From: an uncultured virus (IMG/VR IMGVR_UViG_3300020438_000025)
Taxonomy: Duplodnaviria; Heunggongvirae; Uroviricota; Caudoviricetes
Reading direction: 5' to 3' (one strand)
DNA length: 20,000 nt
IMG/VR virus record: IMGVR_UViG_3300020438_000025
Shown here in pieces: positions 8,701-15,378 of the stretch (positions are counted from its first letter, which is position 1; each line of letters opens with the position of its first letter). The notes beneath the pieces were generated by a model. That model made no database searches. It was not told the DNA's origin and saw only the letters and a program-made list of their open reading frames with translations. Position numbers and translations under genes: made by a program.

Positions 8701-10545
8701 TGATGGATAACTTTGTTGAAGAGAAACGTTATTCCATTTTTCTTCCTGCATACCATATTCAAAATCTGTTTGGTCAATAGTTGTTGCTTGAGATATTCTA
8801 GCTTTTCCTACAATATCTTGCCCTATACCACTAGGAGTTGTAAATAGTACCGATTCATTATTTTCAGTATTTTCTACAAAAATTTGCAATTGATCAGTAG
8901 CAGTTTGTGAGTTTGTGTTATAATTTAATTCTAGTTTAGTAATTGTACTAGAATTTTCAACAAAGGTTGGAAAATCAATATCTGTTAATGGTGTAGTTTT
9001 TGATACTTTTCCACCTGTTTGATTATTTGTAAAATTATAAATTACACTATTGTCTTTTAAATTTGTTATTATTAAAAAATCTGAAATATTGTAATCAATA
9101 GGTAATTTTACATACCCTACTCCGTCAAGTATTAATGTAGGTGCATTATCTAAACCTTTAAAAACTGTATCAACTATATTTTGAACGTATCCGGAAAAAA
9201 TACTGGCTGCGTCTGATTCAGCTGTATAATTAGTGTCAATAGTTTGACTAACAGTACCAGTGTGACTATAAGCAGTGTTTGTAAAAATATTATTAACGAC
9301 AGTTTCTCCTATCCAACTGTATACATCACTTTCTGGCACCCTGTTACCTACAACTTGTGATATTGATGCGTCCCAGTACTTTTGTACAAAATTTATTAAA
9401 GACTCATTACCGCCATATCTAAAATTAAATTCTAATGTGTCAAGTGCTGTGTCTATTTTATTATTGATTTCTGTATTTGTGTAGCTATAATCTGTTAACC
9501 AAGTTTCTGTATCAAGTATATTTGTCCTGTTGTTATTGATTGTAGTATTTGCATTCTGCAACTCTGTGTCAGCCCACAATGATATCGTAGGAGTTGTTCT
9601 GGTTAAGTTATTTAATGCTGTTGTAGCTGCACTTAAATTTGTAGCTGAAATAATATCTTTAATATAATCTACTAATGTTACCAAATAAGAACTTATAACT
9701 TCACTTGTAGCTGCAGAACTTGTATCTTGAGTTGCTGAGTGTCCAGATGTTACTGTAATTGACACACCTTTTACTATGTCATCAATTATATTCGAAAATC
9801 TTGTAAAGGCAGCTATAGCTGATGTTCTATGTATTGGTAAGATGTTAGAACTTCCAGTGTCAAAATTATAAAAACAATATTTTGCTAAGTCAAATGTTGC
9901 ACTGTTAACACCAGACGATCCGCCATACAGCACGTCATAAGCAAGTGCATTTATAACAAATTTTATATCTCTTTTGCAACCTACATCATCATGTTGGTCG
10001 TTAGGATTATTTGCAGTGATATACGCATTAATTTCTTCTGCAATGAAATTTTTATTTGCTATTAATTGATCTTTGGCTGCAATATTCACAGCAGGTGCTG
10101 AATTAGGATTTGTGAAACTAATAGAATCGTTATCATCTTTACCATTTAATATTGTGGATGATAATGATGTAAAATATGTATTAATTCTAGATGTTGCTAT
10201 TGAACTAGTTGATACATCTGATAAAGTTAAAATTTTATTTTTAATTCTAGTATTATTTCTTCCCATAGTGGTATTATGTGCAATTAGATAATTCCTTGTA
10301 TTTTTGAAAAATACAGCGTTGTAAGTTGTATCTAAAGCAACATCAAAAGCAGCACCATCTATAATTAAACCAACATCTCTTCTATTAATTTCTGCATCTG
10401 CAATTTGTGTATTTAAATATTCTTTGTATTCAGAAAGTAAAAAATTTTTATTTTTTGTTAGTAAATTCCAAGCATTTGGATACAGGTTATCTAATAATCC
10501 AATTCCTGGTTTAAAAACATAATTATGAATTTGAGTTTTTGCCAT
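2722..10545 (-). CDS. Giant (2607 aa) Thr/Ser/Gly-rich virion structural / tail-fibre-like protein
   Basis: Uninterrupted 7.8 kb ORF with beta-rich T/S/G/N composition and several internal repeat families. Motifs RQTKDYFKYQPGK, DKLDGTGPSG and YMRTANLPVRYE match my recollection of structural proteins of large T4-like phages. Confidence 0.8.
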   Translation of the reverse strand: MAKTQIHNYVFKPGIGLLDNLYPNAWNLLTKNKNFLLSEYKEYLNTQIADAEINRRDVGLIIDGAAFDVALDTTYNAVFFKNTRNYLIAHNTTMGRNNTRIKNKILTLSDVSTSSIATSRINTYFTSLSSTILNGKDDNDSISFTNPNSAPAVNIAAKDQLIANKNFIAEEINAYITANNPNDQHDDVGCKRDIKFVINALAYDVLYGGSSGVNSATFDLAKYCFYNFDTGSSNILPIHRTSAIAAFTRFSNIIDDIVKGVSITVTSGHSATQDTSSAATSEVISSYLVTLVDYIKDIISATNLSAATTALNNLTRTTPTISLWADTELQNANTTINNNRTNILDTETWLTDYSYTNTEINNKIDTALDTLEFNFRYGGNESLINFVQKYWDASISQVVGNRVPESDVYSWIGETVVNNIFTNTAYSHTGTVSQTIDTNYTAESDAASIFSGYVQNIVDTVFKGLDNAPTLILDGVGYVKLPIDYNISDFLIITNLKDNSVIYNFTNNQTGGKVSKTTPLTDIDFPTFVENSSTITKLELNYNTNSQTATDQLQIFVENTENNESVLFTTPSGIGQDIVGKARISQATTIDQTDFEYGMQEEKWNNVSLQQSYPSIYEKSQIPIKTTSITTDVSINSDKIGSSLITVNTLKPHNLIVGDAVNVNYLTNTITNTGAAEGTFIINSVPSTTSFTYYAKNKVGNDTEAANTNNYSADFTVVSDSGFLYVNGQTQWNRTIIAGTPTVYNTQIRYNGVVIVDTNDDTFFQQGFYQLGNDRYLFGTVTASAFETTSHQVKKQVLYSYLNIAVPQTIVKKSDFFTGGNLENMTIAVDSVGAETTSTSSLITPIGNRHYPFTGTTPTLGAPANVYYATNQLSATITTTSGNAIITTTDTSNFSVGAQVSATGIASNSIVKIIGTTGPNYSITLSKNATASGSSVSATITPKTVIGQVTSLQTTGSSGGIYVNPVLTNDAAIGNTKLTFSDTSGIITDLALDRGDGKAIFVQSIDGNDVNLSAPITTALTGNQVTYTNIKGTNVQHNGIGAIFNVAASGTSYTITISTAGQDYAIGDRLKILGTTIGGLSPANDLFIIIDTINGSGGITAATPSGTPFNGSATISEVSGIVNGGSGTSATFDVTYLDNVYTNVVVNQNGSGYTVNDKLVIVGNSFTGGVTYTNDLVITVTGVDGSGAITTITSTGVAPNSSVSFTNPAFTTSGSGTASSFVVQNIAGVYSVSFTTTNNFNVADTIIIQGSNLGGQNTTNNLTISVSTVDATGAILTFSTLGSGINGTTVTGKAGNNLTGTGSKFTVSMNAGSYTNPIVTNTGSNFAVGQAIKILGTSLMGSTPANDLLLTVNSVNSSRQLTGVSVQSGTAITAITSYNTVATINDTITGTGAKFSITRTATAYSAIAERSGQNYAVGNKIKINGAHLGGSSTTHDLILRVISITAGGDIVLNSTAALHQTYSAVATGSTLNFLSTFTTSQSLITELPTSSTINFDKLTSFIGTTETPHGLVPGNSIVNFSKSHTSSNKHDLSTLTTNIHSVPTDKTFKYFARTTGTVDESLTFPDQTTTRYNNTTDFYKESVVNFGGSTTNQIEIKWDGQTILLVNQLQNTTVYNGVINNNYEYTLNGIKYKRGSSQVTGANLTEYQVQQIVPVKSFGDPINGRLFVKNNSTFSHIPQSSSVAISTGGPEYGAQAIRQTKDYFKYQPGKSMFFNTAVLFAPNYSVRNITSEATSIDSIITVTVDNRMHGLQKGCTVRISGISAEGYDSGPDTGVDNESDYKVIEIIDDTTFTIKAIRPLSSTTPIIDSTTKITVVKWDGASVRTGIYTDQDGVFWEYDGDKLVTTLRSSTNPLTGSVNINKKTSTVTGTNTKFTDQLCAGDSVVIKGMTHTVSAVSSDTEFSVSPQWRGINDLVDEKIYKIVDHRVTQNNFNIDKLDGTGPSGYNVDISQIQMIAVQYSWNGGGSVEYLIQGVDGTYITVHRTRNANIKNQVYMRTANLPVRYESINIGPRSKLTSAITNSATSVVVNNSADFPSTGVLLIDNELIEYRSNNTTTNTLGNCVRAAKLKYYHAGSLRAYTGSTASAHTAKTGVRFVSQTAHPILNHWTSNYQVDGDYEVNSNKFCYNITTQQIDASVDSNFMIRLAPSLSNNLVGDIGERNLVNYNKIKLDSIEVQVKDLYPTPEVITGTITATNSNGNITASVAHNLSINMPIKFSGVSPSATSMGGIQADGTVYYVKRIVNSTEFRLGASATATTEITLTTDTTDFINFETVPDLPGSIVIEGMLNPTNYPEVDSKISWTNLNGVAEGSQKSVSQIAFAQNIDWRNNLTTASTVTVVTAAATLTTGAGSAGFVYTTAQSTKNSPIAIASSQIRSLGPVPVGAKIISQNPDAFSNTTTEFYVKYITSDSDNTYLHYESIDPANNRGLSKQLLDHTSTPATTFKFEYDNYIGTRTNKLLFLKTAWDTGTRKIGDKISQTDSNWPIGTIITNVQLLKLKNIEFYEVTFNQDSIQNIAADTSIIFETGTATYAKGGETIFKGTTIPGEKLHLDLSGCKPLFNSPIGSNRTYPDGPDILVINTNKQLESNRFQTSRKEVIANITLNWKEI
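6185..7435 (-). repeat. Five tandem ~84-90 aa protein repeats within the giant protein
   Basis: Consensus G-x-G-A-x-F-x-V...Y...G-x-x-[YF]-x-V-G-D-x-[LI]-x-I-x-G-x-x-L-G-G...N-D-L-x-I-x-V. Units start near 7434, 7170, 6903, 6652 and 6381. Confidence 0.85.
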
Positions 10546-11451
10546 TTATATTCCAAATGTTATTGCATAAGACAATGCAGTATTATCTACATAGGTCTTG
10601 TTAGTCACGCTTGTAACATCAGTACCAGTATTTGATACTTTTGCACTAGAAAAAGTTGCAGTGCTAGGATTTGAATTTCCTATTATAGTATTGTCAATAG
10701 TAGAATTGGTTATTGTTGCATTCTGTATTGTAGTACTCACAACAGGAATATTAGAACCATTACTGTTTATAGTACCTATTGTTAAAGAATTAATTTCAAA
10801 ATCAATATCTGTATTTGAATTTACACTTAATTTGTTTAAGGATGTGATCTTAACTTCTTGAGTTGAATCAAAATTTAAATTTTTCTGTAAAAAAACGTTG
10901 CCTTTTATTCCTACTCCGCCGTTTACTGTTAATACACCATTACTAGAACTAGTTGCATCTGCTGAACCAGAAATATTTACTGTACTCAATAAACCTGTTG
11001 GATCTACTACAGTAATTGCACCAAATTGATTTCCAGTTTGATCTGTATAATACAAAATTGTGTGAGTGTATGATTCTGGTATTGTTATGGTAATTGTACC
11101 TTTGGTTTTTCCGTGTACATTGATACCACTTGAATTGTCACTATGAGTAATGCTTTTTGAATAAAGGGTTGTTTGATCTTGTTCGTATATATAGAACTGT
11201 GTTAAATCTAAAGCTAAACTTATATTGTATGATCTTCCTTTGATCATTGTGATAGCTGGATATGTACCTGATAATCCCGTGATAACTAATGCTCCAGTAG
11301 AATCGTCAGTAACTGCAAAATCTATAGTATCTGGAGTAGTTTCTCTAAAAACAATACTGTTAGCAACAATATTTCCACTCTTATCAACTGTAAAACTAGG
11401 ACTACTAAATCCAAAATCAGATTGTAAAGGATGTTGAGAGGCTTTATTCAT
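10546..11451 (-). CDS. Putative virion/tail-fibre structural protein (301 aa) with cupredoxin-like module
   Basis: GGAAG SD before the ATG. Fibre-type repeat ATSSSNGVLTVNGGVGI, TNKTYVD motif and hydrophobic C-terminal YAITFG. Its TAA directly abuts the ATG of the giant gene. Confidence 0.7.
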   Translation of the reverse strand: MNKASQHPLQSDFGFSSPSFTVDKSGNIVANSIVFRETTPDTIDFAVTDDSTGALVITGLSGTYPAITMIKGRSYNISLALDLTQFYIYEQDQTTLYSKSITHSDNSSGINVHGKTKGTITITIPESYTHTILYYTDQTGNQFGAITVVDPTGLLSTVNISGSADATSSSNGVLTVNGGVGIKGNVFLQKNLNFDSTQEVKITSLNKLSVNSNTDIDFEINSLTIGTINSNGSNIPVVSTTIQNATITNSTIDNTIIGNSNPSTATFSSAKVSNTGTDVTSVTNKTYVDNTALSYAITFGI

Positions 11452-11469
11452 ATATCTTCCAATTTTAAG

Positions 11470-11475
11470 TATTTA
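11470..11475 (-). promoter_or_regulatory. T4-like late promoter core (TAAATA)
   Basis: Intergenic minus-strand sequence GC-TAAATA-CTTAAAATT-GGAAGA-TAT-ATG. Confidence 0.55.
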
Positions 11476-11482
11476 GCTGATT

Positions 11483-11887
11483 TTAAAAACCAAGGGGATT
11501 TTGATTTTCAAAATAATTGACAGTATAAATAAATTTGGCAGACTGAACTTGAGGAACTTTCGGAAGGATAAAAATATCTACATATGATTTATTAACATGT
11601 GCTTCTATATCAACTAACTCACGTCCAACTGAAGATCTTGCATAAACAGTAACATTAGCTTTGTCTACAGTAGCAGCAATTAAGCATTTTAAAATTTCTT
11701 TATTTTGAGTATTGTAATCAACACTAATAGTATATTCAGCTGCACTTATTTCTCCAACAAACCATTTATCAAAGGTTGCACCAGTAGACACCTGTGCCCA
11801 AGGTCCTCTGTGAGAAAATCCTGCATTGTTCCTGATTAATACGGTTTTATTTAGACCGAGATCAAAAAATTGTCTATAATCAAACAT
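11483..11887 (-). CDS. Hypothetical, probable virion structural protein (134 aa; alternative start 11905)
   Basis: ORF fills the gap between the carbamoyltransferase and the 301-aa gene. Beta-strand pattern DKWF...AAEYTISV...KEILKCLI...NVTVYA resembles small domains of large-phage tail proteins. Start placed at the ATG 4 nt after TAAATA. Confidence 0.65.
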   Translation of the reverse strand: MFDYRQFFDLGLNKTVLIRNNAGFSHRGPWAQVSTGATFDKWFVGEISAAEYTISVDYNTQNKEILKCLIAATVDKANVTVYARSSVGRELVDIEAHVNKSYVDIFILPKVPQVQSAKFIYTVNYFENQNPLGF

Positions 11888-11891
11888 ACTG

Positions 11892-11897
11892 TATTTA
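11892..11897 (-). promoter_or_regulatory. T4-like late promoter core (TAAATA), possibly producing a leaderless mRNA
   Basis: Minus strand reads TGA(stop)-TAAATA-CAGT-ATG. Confidence 0.55.
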
Positions 11898-13706
11898 TCA
11901 TTCAATATTTTTCATAGTTACTAATAATTTAGTTTCTGGAAGGTATAGATATTCGATATTGCTTTTTAATAAAGTATCAAAGGCATCTTCTAAAGTTTCA
12001 ACTAACGGTTGACCTCCAAGATTAAAGCTTGTGTTAAATATGATAGGGATATTTGTTTGTTTTTTGAATTCTTTTATTAGTTCATAATAATTTGTATTTT
12101 GTAATTCATTAACAGTTTGTATCCTACAAGTTCCGTCAACATGAATTATACTTGGTATTTTATCTTGTACTCCATCTTTGCAATTAACCGCATACATCAT
12201 AGTAGGAGATGAATCCATTTCACGTAAATCAAACCATTCGTGCACATCTTCTTCTAAGATTGTTCCTGCGAACGGTCTAAAATATTCTCGTTTTTTTATT
12301 TTGTTAACAATATCTTTACCATCTACGACTCTAGGATCAAAAAGCAAACTTCTATTACCAAGTGCCCTGGGACCATTTTCAGATCGGCCTTGGAATATAG
12401 CTACAATATTTTTTTCGGTAATTAAATCTACTACTTTTTCATTATCTGTATCTGTCCATTCAGCGTTATAATTTTTTGTAAGATTTATGATATCTTCTTT
12501 TGAGTAAGCATACTGAGGACCTAAATATACTGTTGTTGCTTGTTTTTCTATATTTCTATCTTTGCTAGTTTTTCTGTATTGAATATATGCAGCACCCATT
12601 GCAGTTCCAGCATCATTAGATATCGGTTCAACATATAATTTAATTCCTTTTTTATTTAATGTAGATAAAAAATGATAGTTTGCTACACAATTTAAACCAT
12701 AACCTCCCGAAAGCACTACATTTTTGTTTTGTGTTTTTTCTACTGCAAACAAAATTAAATCCAGTACTCTATCTTGTGTTTCTTTTTGCACTGCATAAGC
12801 AAGATCTCTCCTACTATTATAAGACGTGAAGTCTGTATTATCATCAAGATTTTCTATATCATCTAAAGTCGAATACATTTGATAGTTTATCCTGCACCCG
12901 TGTGGATATGTTGGCGTAAAAATGTCTCTGTTGCTCTTCCAACCTATAGAATTTTTACTAAACAGTGGAGGAATATTTGTATTAGTATTGCCATATGGAA
13001 AAAGACCCATTGTTTTTCCAGCTTCAATACTAGAAAACCCACAAAATTCTGTTACACCTTCATATGTCTTTACTATTCCTGCAGATTCAGTGACAACACA
13101 ATCGAATTTATTTCCAGTATCAGGATCAACGGCTGTTATCTCCATATTTGGCATTGGTCCATTTGTTCCTATATGTTTATAGATTGTGTCAAAATATGCA
13201 GGATAGCTACAATCAAATATTGTTTCTGTTTCCCAACCCCATATTTGTGTTTGTGGTTGAGATTCAGATTGTAAAGGAAAAATTGTTCCTGCGCCATCTA
13301 CAATTACTGCCGTTGCTGTTGTAAAACCACTTCTGTAAAAAGCGCAAGCAGCATGTAGTTTATGATGCACATATGATAAATCTATAACCTGTGGATGCTG
13401 AAAATTGTTTTCGTTCCTAGATATTAATCCTAATTTTCTAGCTGTTGCAGTGTAAATATCATCACCAGAATAGTCTATTTTGTTTGGATCGGTTGCTAAA
13501 GGCGAAGTATGGGCTACAACTAGATAATCAATCTTATCGGTATAATCTAATATTTTAACCATACTTGCAATAGGACCACCATCGTATTTTTGTCTAGATA
13601 GTCTTTCTTCTTCGATACTAAACACAATCTCGCCATCTTTAAGTAAGCATACTCCGGCATTGTGACCTCGAGCTATACCTGCGATGTATCCTGTTCTAAG
13701 CGTCAT
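11898..13706 (-). CDS. Carbamoyltransferase, NodU/CmcH/TobZ family
   Basis: Full motif set: GHNAGVCL, EEERLSRQK, HHKLHAACAFY, VDGAG, EAGKTMGLFPYG, LSGGYGLNCVAN, NDAGTAMGAA, FQGRSENGPRALGNRS, KKREYFRPFA, HVDGTCRIQTV, NTSFNLGGQPLVET. AGGA SD upstream. Confidence 0.96.
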   Translation of the reverse strand: MTLRTGYIAGIARGHNAGVCLLKDGEIVFSIEEERLSRQKYDGGPIASMVKILDYTDKIDYLVVAHTSPLATDPNKIDYSGDDIYTATARKLGLISRNENNFQHPQVIDLSYVHHKLHAACAFYRSGFTTATAVIVDGAGTIFPLQSESQPQTQIWGWETETIFDCSYPAYFDTIYKHIGTNGPMPNMEITAVDPDTGNKFDCVVTESAGIVKTYEGVTEFCGFSSIEAGKTMGLFPYGNTNTNIPPLFSKNSIGWKSNRDIFTPTYPHGCRINYQMYSTLDDIENLDDNTDFTSYNSRRDLAYAVQKETQDRVLDLILFAVEKTQNKNVVLSGGYGLNCVANYHFLSTLNKKGIKLYVEPISNDAGTAMGAAYIQYRKTSKDRNIEKQATTVYLGPQYAYSKEDIINLTKNYNAEWTDTDNEKVVDLITEKNIVAIFQGRSENGPRALGNRSLLFDPRVVDGKDIVNKIKKREYFRPFAGTILEEDVHEWFDLREMDSSPTMMYAVNCKDGVQDKIPSIIHVDGTCRIQTVNELQNTNYYELIKEFKKQTNIPIIFNTSFNLGGQPLVETLEDAFDTLLKSNIEYLYLPETKLLVTMKNIE

Positions 13707-14643
13707 CTGGATCCTTTGGTTTTCTTAAAATTCTATCAATTACGTAATTATGTATCTCCTCATTCATTGCCATTATATTTTCATTGTGTCTAGATGTTAG
13801 TTCATCTCCAATAATCCTGATTGGATCATATATTCGATCATGCATACCTAAATCTATAATTTCAAAATTTGTATTATCTGGATAAGATACATTAACAGGA
13901 TATGTTGCTCCAATTATTACTGTACTTTCTGTACTCACTGTTTGAGCTAGATGTTGTCCAACGCTATCACAGCCCAAAAAATGATCTGCAAATTTTATAA
14001 TAGATGTCCAGACACGTAATGGTATATTTTCTGGCATTGCTACATCATTTTTAAATTTGTCATTAGAAAAATCAAATTGCATTTCACTCATGCAGATAAT
14101 TGCAAAATTTTCTTCTTGCAATCGACGTATTATTTTTTTGAAATCAGCAAAATCAAAACTCCTACCACTTGCATCGACAAAACTTTGATCAATATATTTT
14201 ATTCCCCTACCAAAAGGTTGTATAACAATTACTTTTTCTTTGGTTAATTTATTTTTTACTTCATTAACTACTTGTCTGCCTGTTAATAATTCTTCTTTTG
14301 ATAAAAATAATCTAGGACTTTTTAAGTCTCGGATACCTTTATTGTTAATCTGAATATCAAATGCCTGTGACAAGCTACATTGTTGATTATAATATTCATA
14401 TATCCTGTATGGCTCAGTGGTAATAATGTCTTTATTTTTAATTTTTTCTCGGAACAAATTTTTGTGCCAAGAGTCGTAAACATGATTATCTAGTACAGGA
14501 TGCCCTTTGAATGCATCTGTTCCTCCCTCACATACGATTATAAAATCTTCATCGTCAGATTCTTCGTTATATAATTCAAATGCAGGAATCGCGCAGAGCA
14601 TTCTTCCATATCCGCCATTTACAAAGAATGCTTTTGATCTCAT
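13696..14643 (-). CDS. GT-B fold glycosyltransferase, GT9 (heptosyltransferase)-like
   Basis: N-terminal GGYGRMLCAIPA resembles GGxGDxxxxxP. VIVIQPFG and IIKFADHFLGCDSVGQHLA resemble the GT9 motif LIxxADxxIGxDSGxxHLA. Overlaps the carbamoyltransferase start by 11 nt. Confidence 0.72.
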   Translation of the reverse strand: MRSKAFFVNGGYGRMLCAIPAFELYNEESDDEDFIIVCEGGTDAFKGHPVLDNHVYDSWHKNLFREKIKNKDIITTEPYRIYEYYNQQCSLSQAFDIQINNKGIRDLKSPRLFLSKEELLTGRQVVNEVKNKLTKEKVIVIQPFGRGIKYIDQSFVDASGRSFDFADFKKIIRRLQEENFAIICMSEMQFDFSNDKFKNDVAMPENIPLRVWTSIIKFADHFLGCDSVGQHLAQTVSTESTVIIGATYPVNVSYPDNTNFEIIDLGMHDRIYDPIRIIGDELTSRHNENIMAMNEEIHNYVIDRILRKPKDPDDA

Positions 14644-14644
14644 A

Positions 14645-14683
14645 TATTTCCTATTGTTGTAGAATATTTACCAATAGGAAATA
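14645..14683 (-). promoter_or_regulatory. 12-bp perfect inverted repeat sequestering the RBS, with TAAATA late-promoter core (14665-14670) in its 15-nt loop
   Basis: + strand TATTTCCTATTG (14645-14656) and CAATAGGAAATA (14672-14683). The mRNA reads UAUUUCCUAUUG-GUAAAUAUUCUACAA-CAAUAGGAAAUA-U-AUG. Confidence 0.75.
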
Positions 14684-14702
14684 AGTTATTTTATGATTAT
14701 GA

Positions 14703-15323
14703 TTAAATTCTAGGAGGGAGTGGCCAACTTACTTTATATTGTTCAATACCAGCATACACAGTAGGTGCTGACTCTAACCAATCGATATAATCTTGTATCT
14801 CTTGTTTTCTAGACTCAGATTGATCACTTAGATCAATTTCTTTATATCTAGCAAGTTGTGGCGCAAGACCTTCTGCACTAATAGGATTTGGATCATTGTG
14901 GGTCATCGGTACTGGAGTATCAAATGTGTCTGTAGCAGCATCATATTTGTATCCCGCGTATCTAATGTATGTTTCGTCAATTACAGCATAATCATGATAA
15001 TCGTAACTGTATACTTTTCCATCTGGCAGTGTTTGTTCAAAGTTTGGAAAATCTACACTGGTATAGTTACCTGTCAACCACGCAGCCCAAAAAGGATGTT
15101 TTGATGCATCAAGCGTAAAAAATGTAAACCTAGGATCAATAAATAAATTTAGATCCGGTGCAGTTTCAGACCGTCCTTCAACAGTTTGTATAACATTATC
15201 GGAATCTATACTTATAACAAGATATTTTTCTCCTTCATAAGTACCTGTGGTTTTCTTTCCTTCAGCAAACGTGTCTTTCCATGGTTCATCAGGTAATGGT
15301 ATTTCAAAATCAACTGATATCAT
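14703..15323 (-). CDS. Acidic protein with tail-fibre assembly chaperone-like C-terminus
   Basis: AAGG SD. C-terminal QEIQDYIDWLESAP...YKVSWPLPP resembles the Tfa/tail-assembly-chaperone ending (YxxxLRDxP...VxWPxxP). Lies directly downstream of the Cys/Gly-rich genes. Confidence 0.6.
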   Translation of the reverse strand: MISVDFEIPLPDEPWKDTFAEGKKTTGTYEGEKYLVISIDSDNVIQTVEGRSETAPDLNLFIDPRFTFFTLDASKHPFWAAWLTGNYTSVDFPNFEQTLPDGKVYSYDYHDYAVIDETYIRYAGYKYDAATDTFDTPVPMTHNDPNPISAEGLAPQLARYKEIDLSDQSESRKQEIQDYIDWLESAPTVYAGIEQYKVSWPLPPRI

Positions 15324-15378
15324 TTTTTTTCCTTAATTTTTTTATTCATTTTATTATATTATATGCTATCATTAGAAG

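Noticed and set aside
14645..14683. Hairpin as an intrinsic terminator
   Set aside because: The stem is AU-rich with a 15-nt loop and no U-tract in the sense (minus) direction. It instead covers the SD and encloses TAAATA.
15324..15378. TATAAT boxes upstream of the chaperone-like gene as a sigma70 promoter
   Set aside because: The spacer is almost pure A/T and has no -35 element at the proper distance, so this cannot be distinguished from chance.
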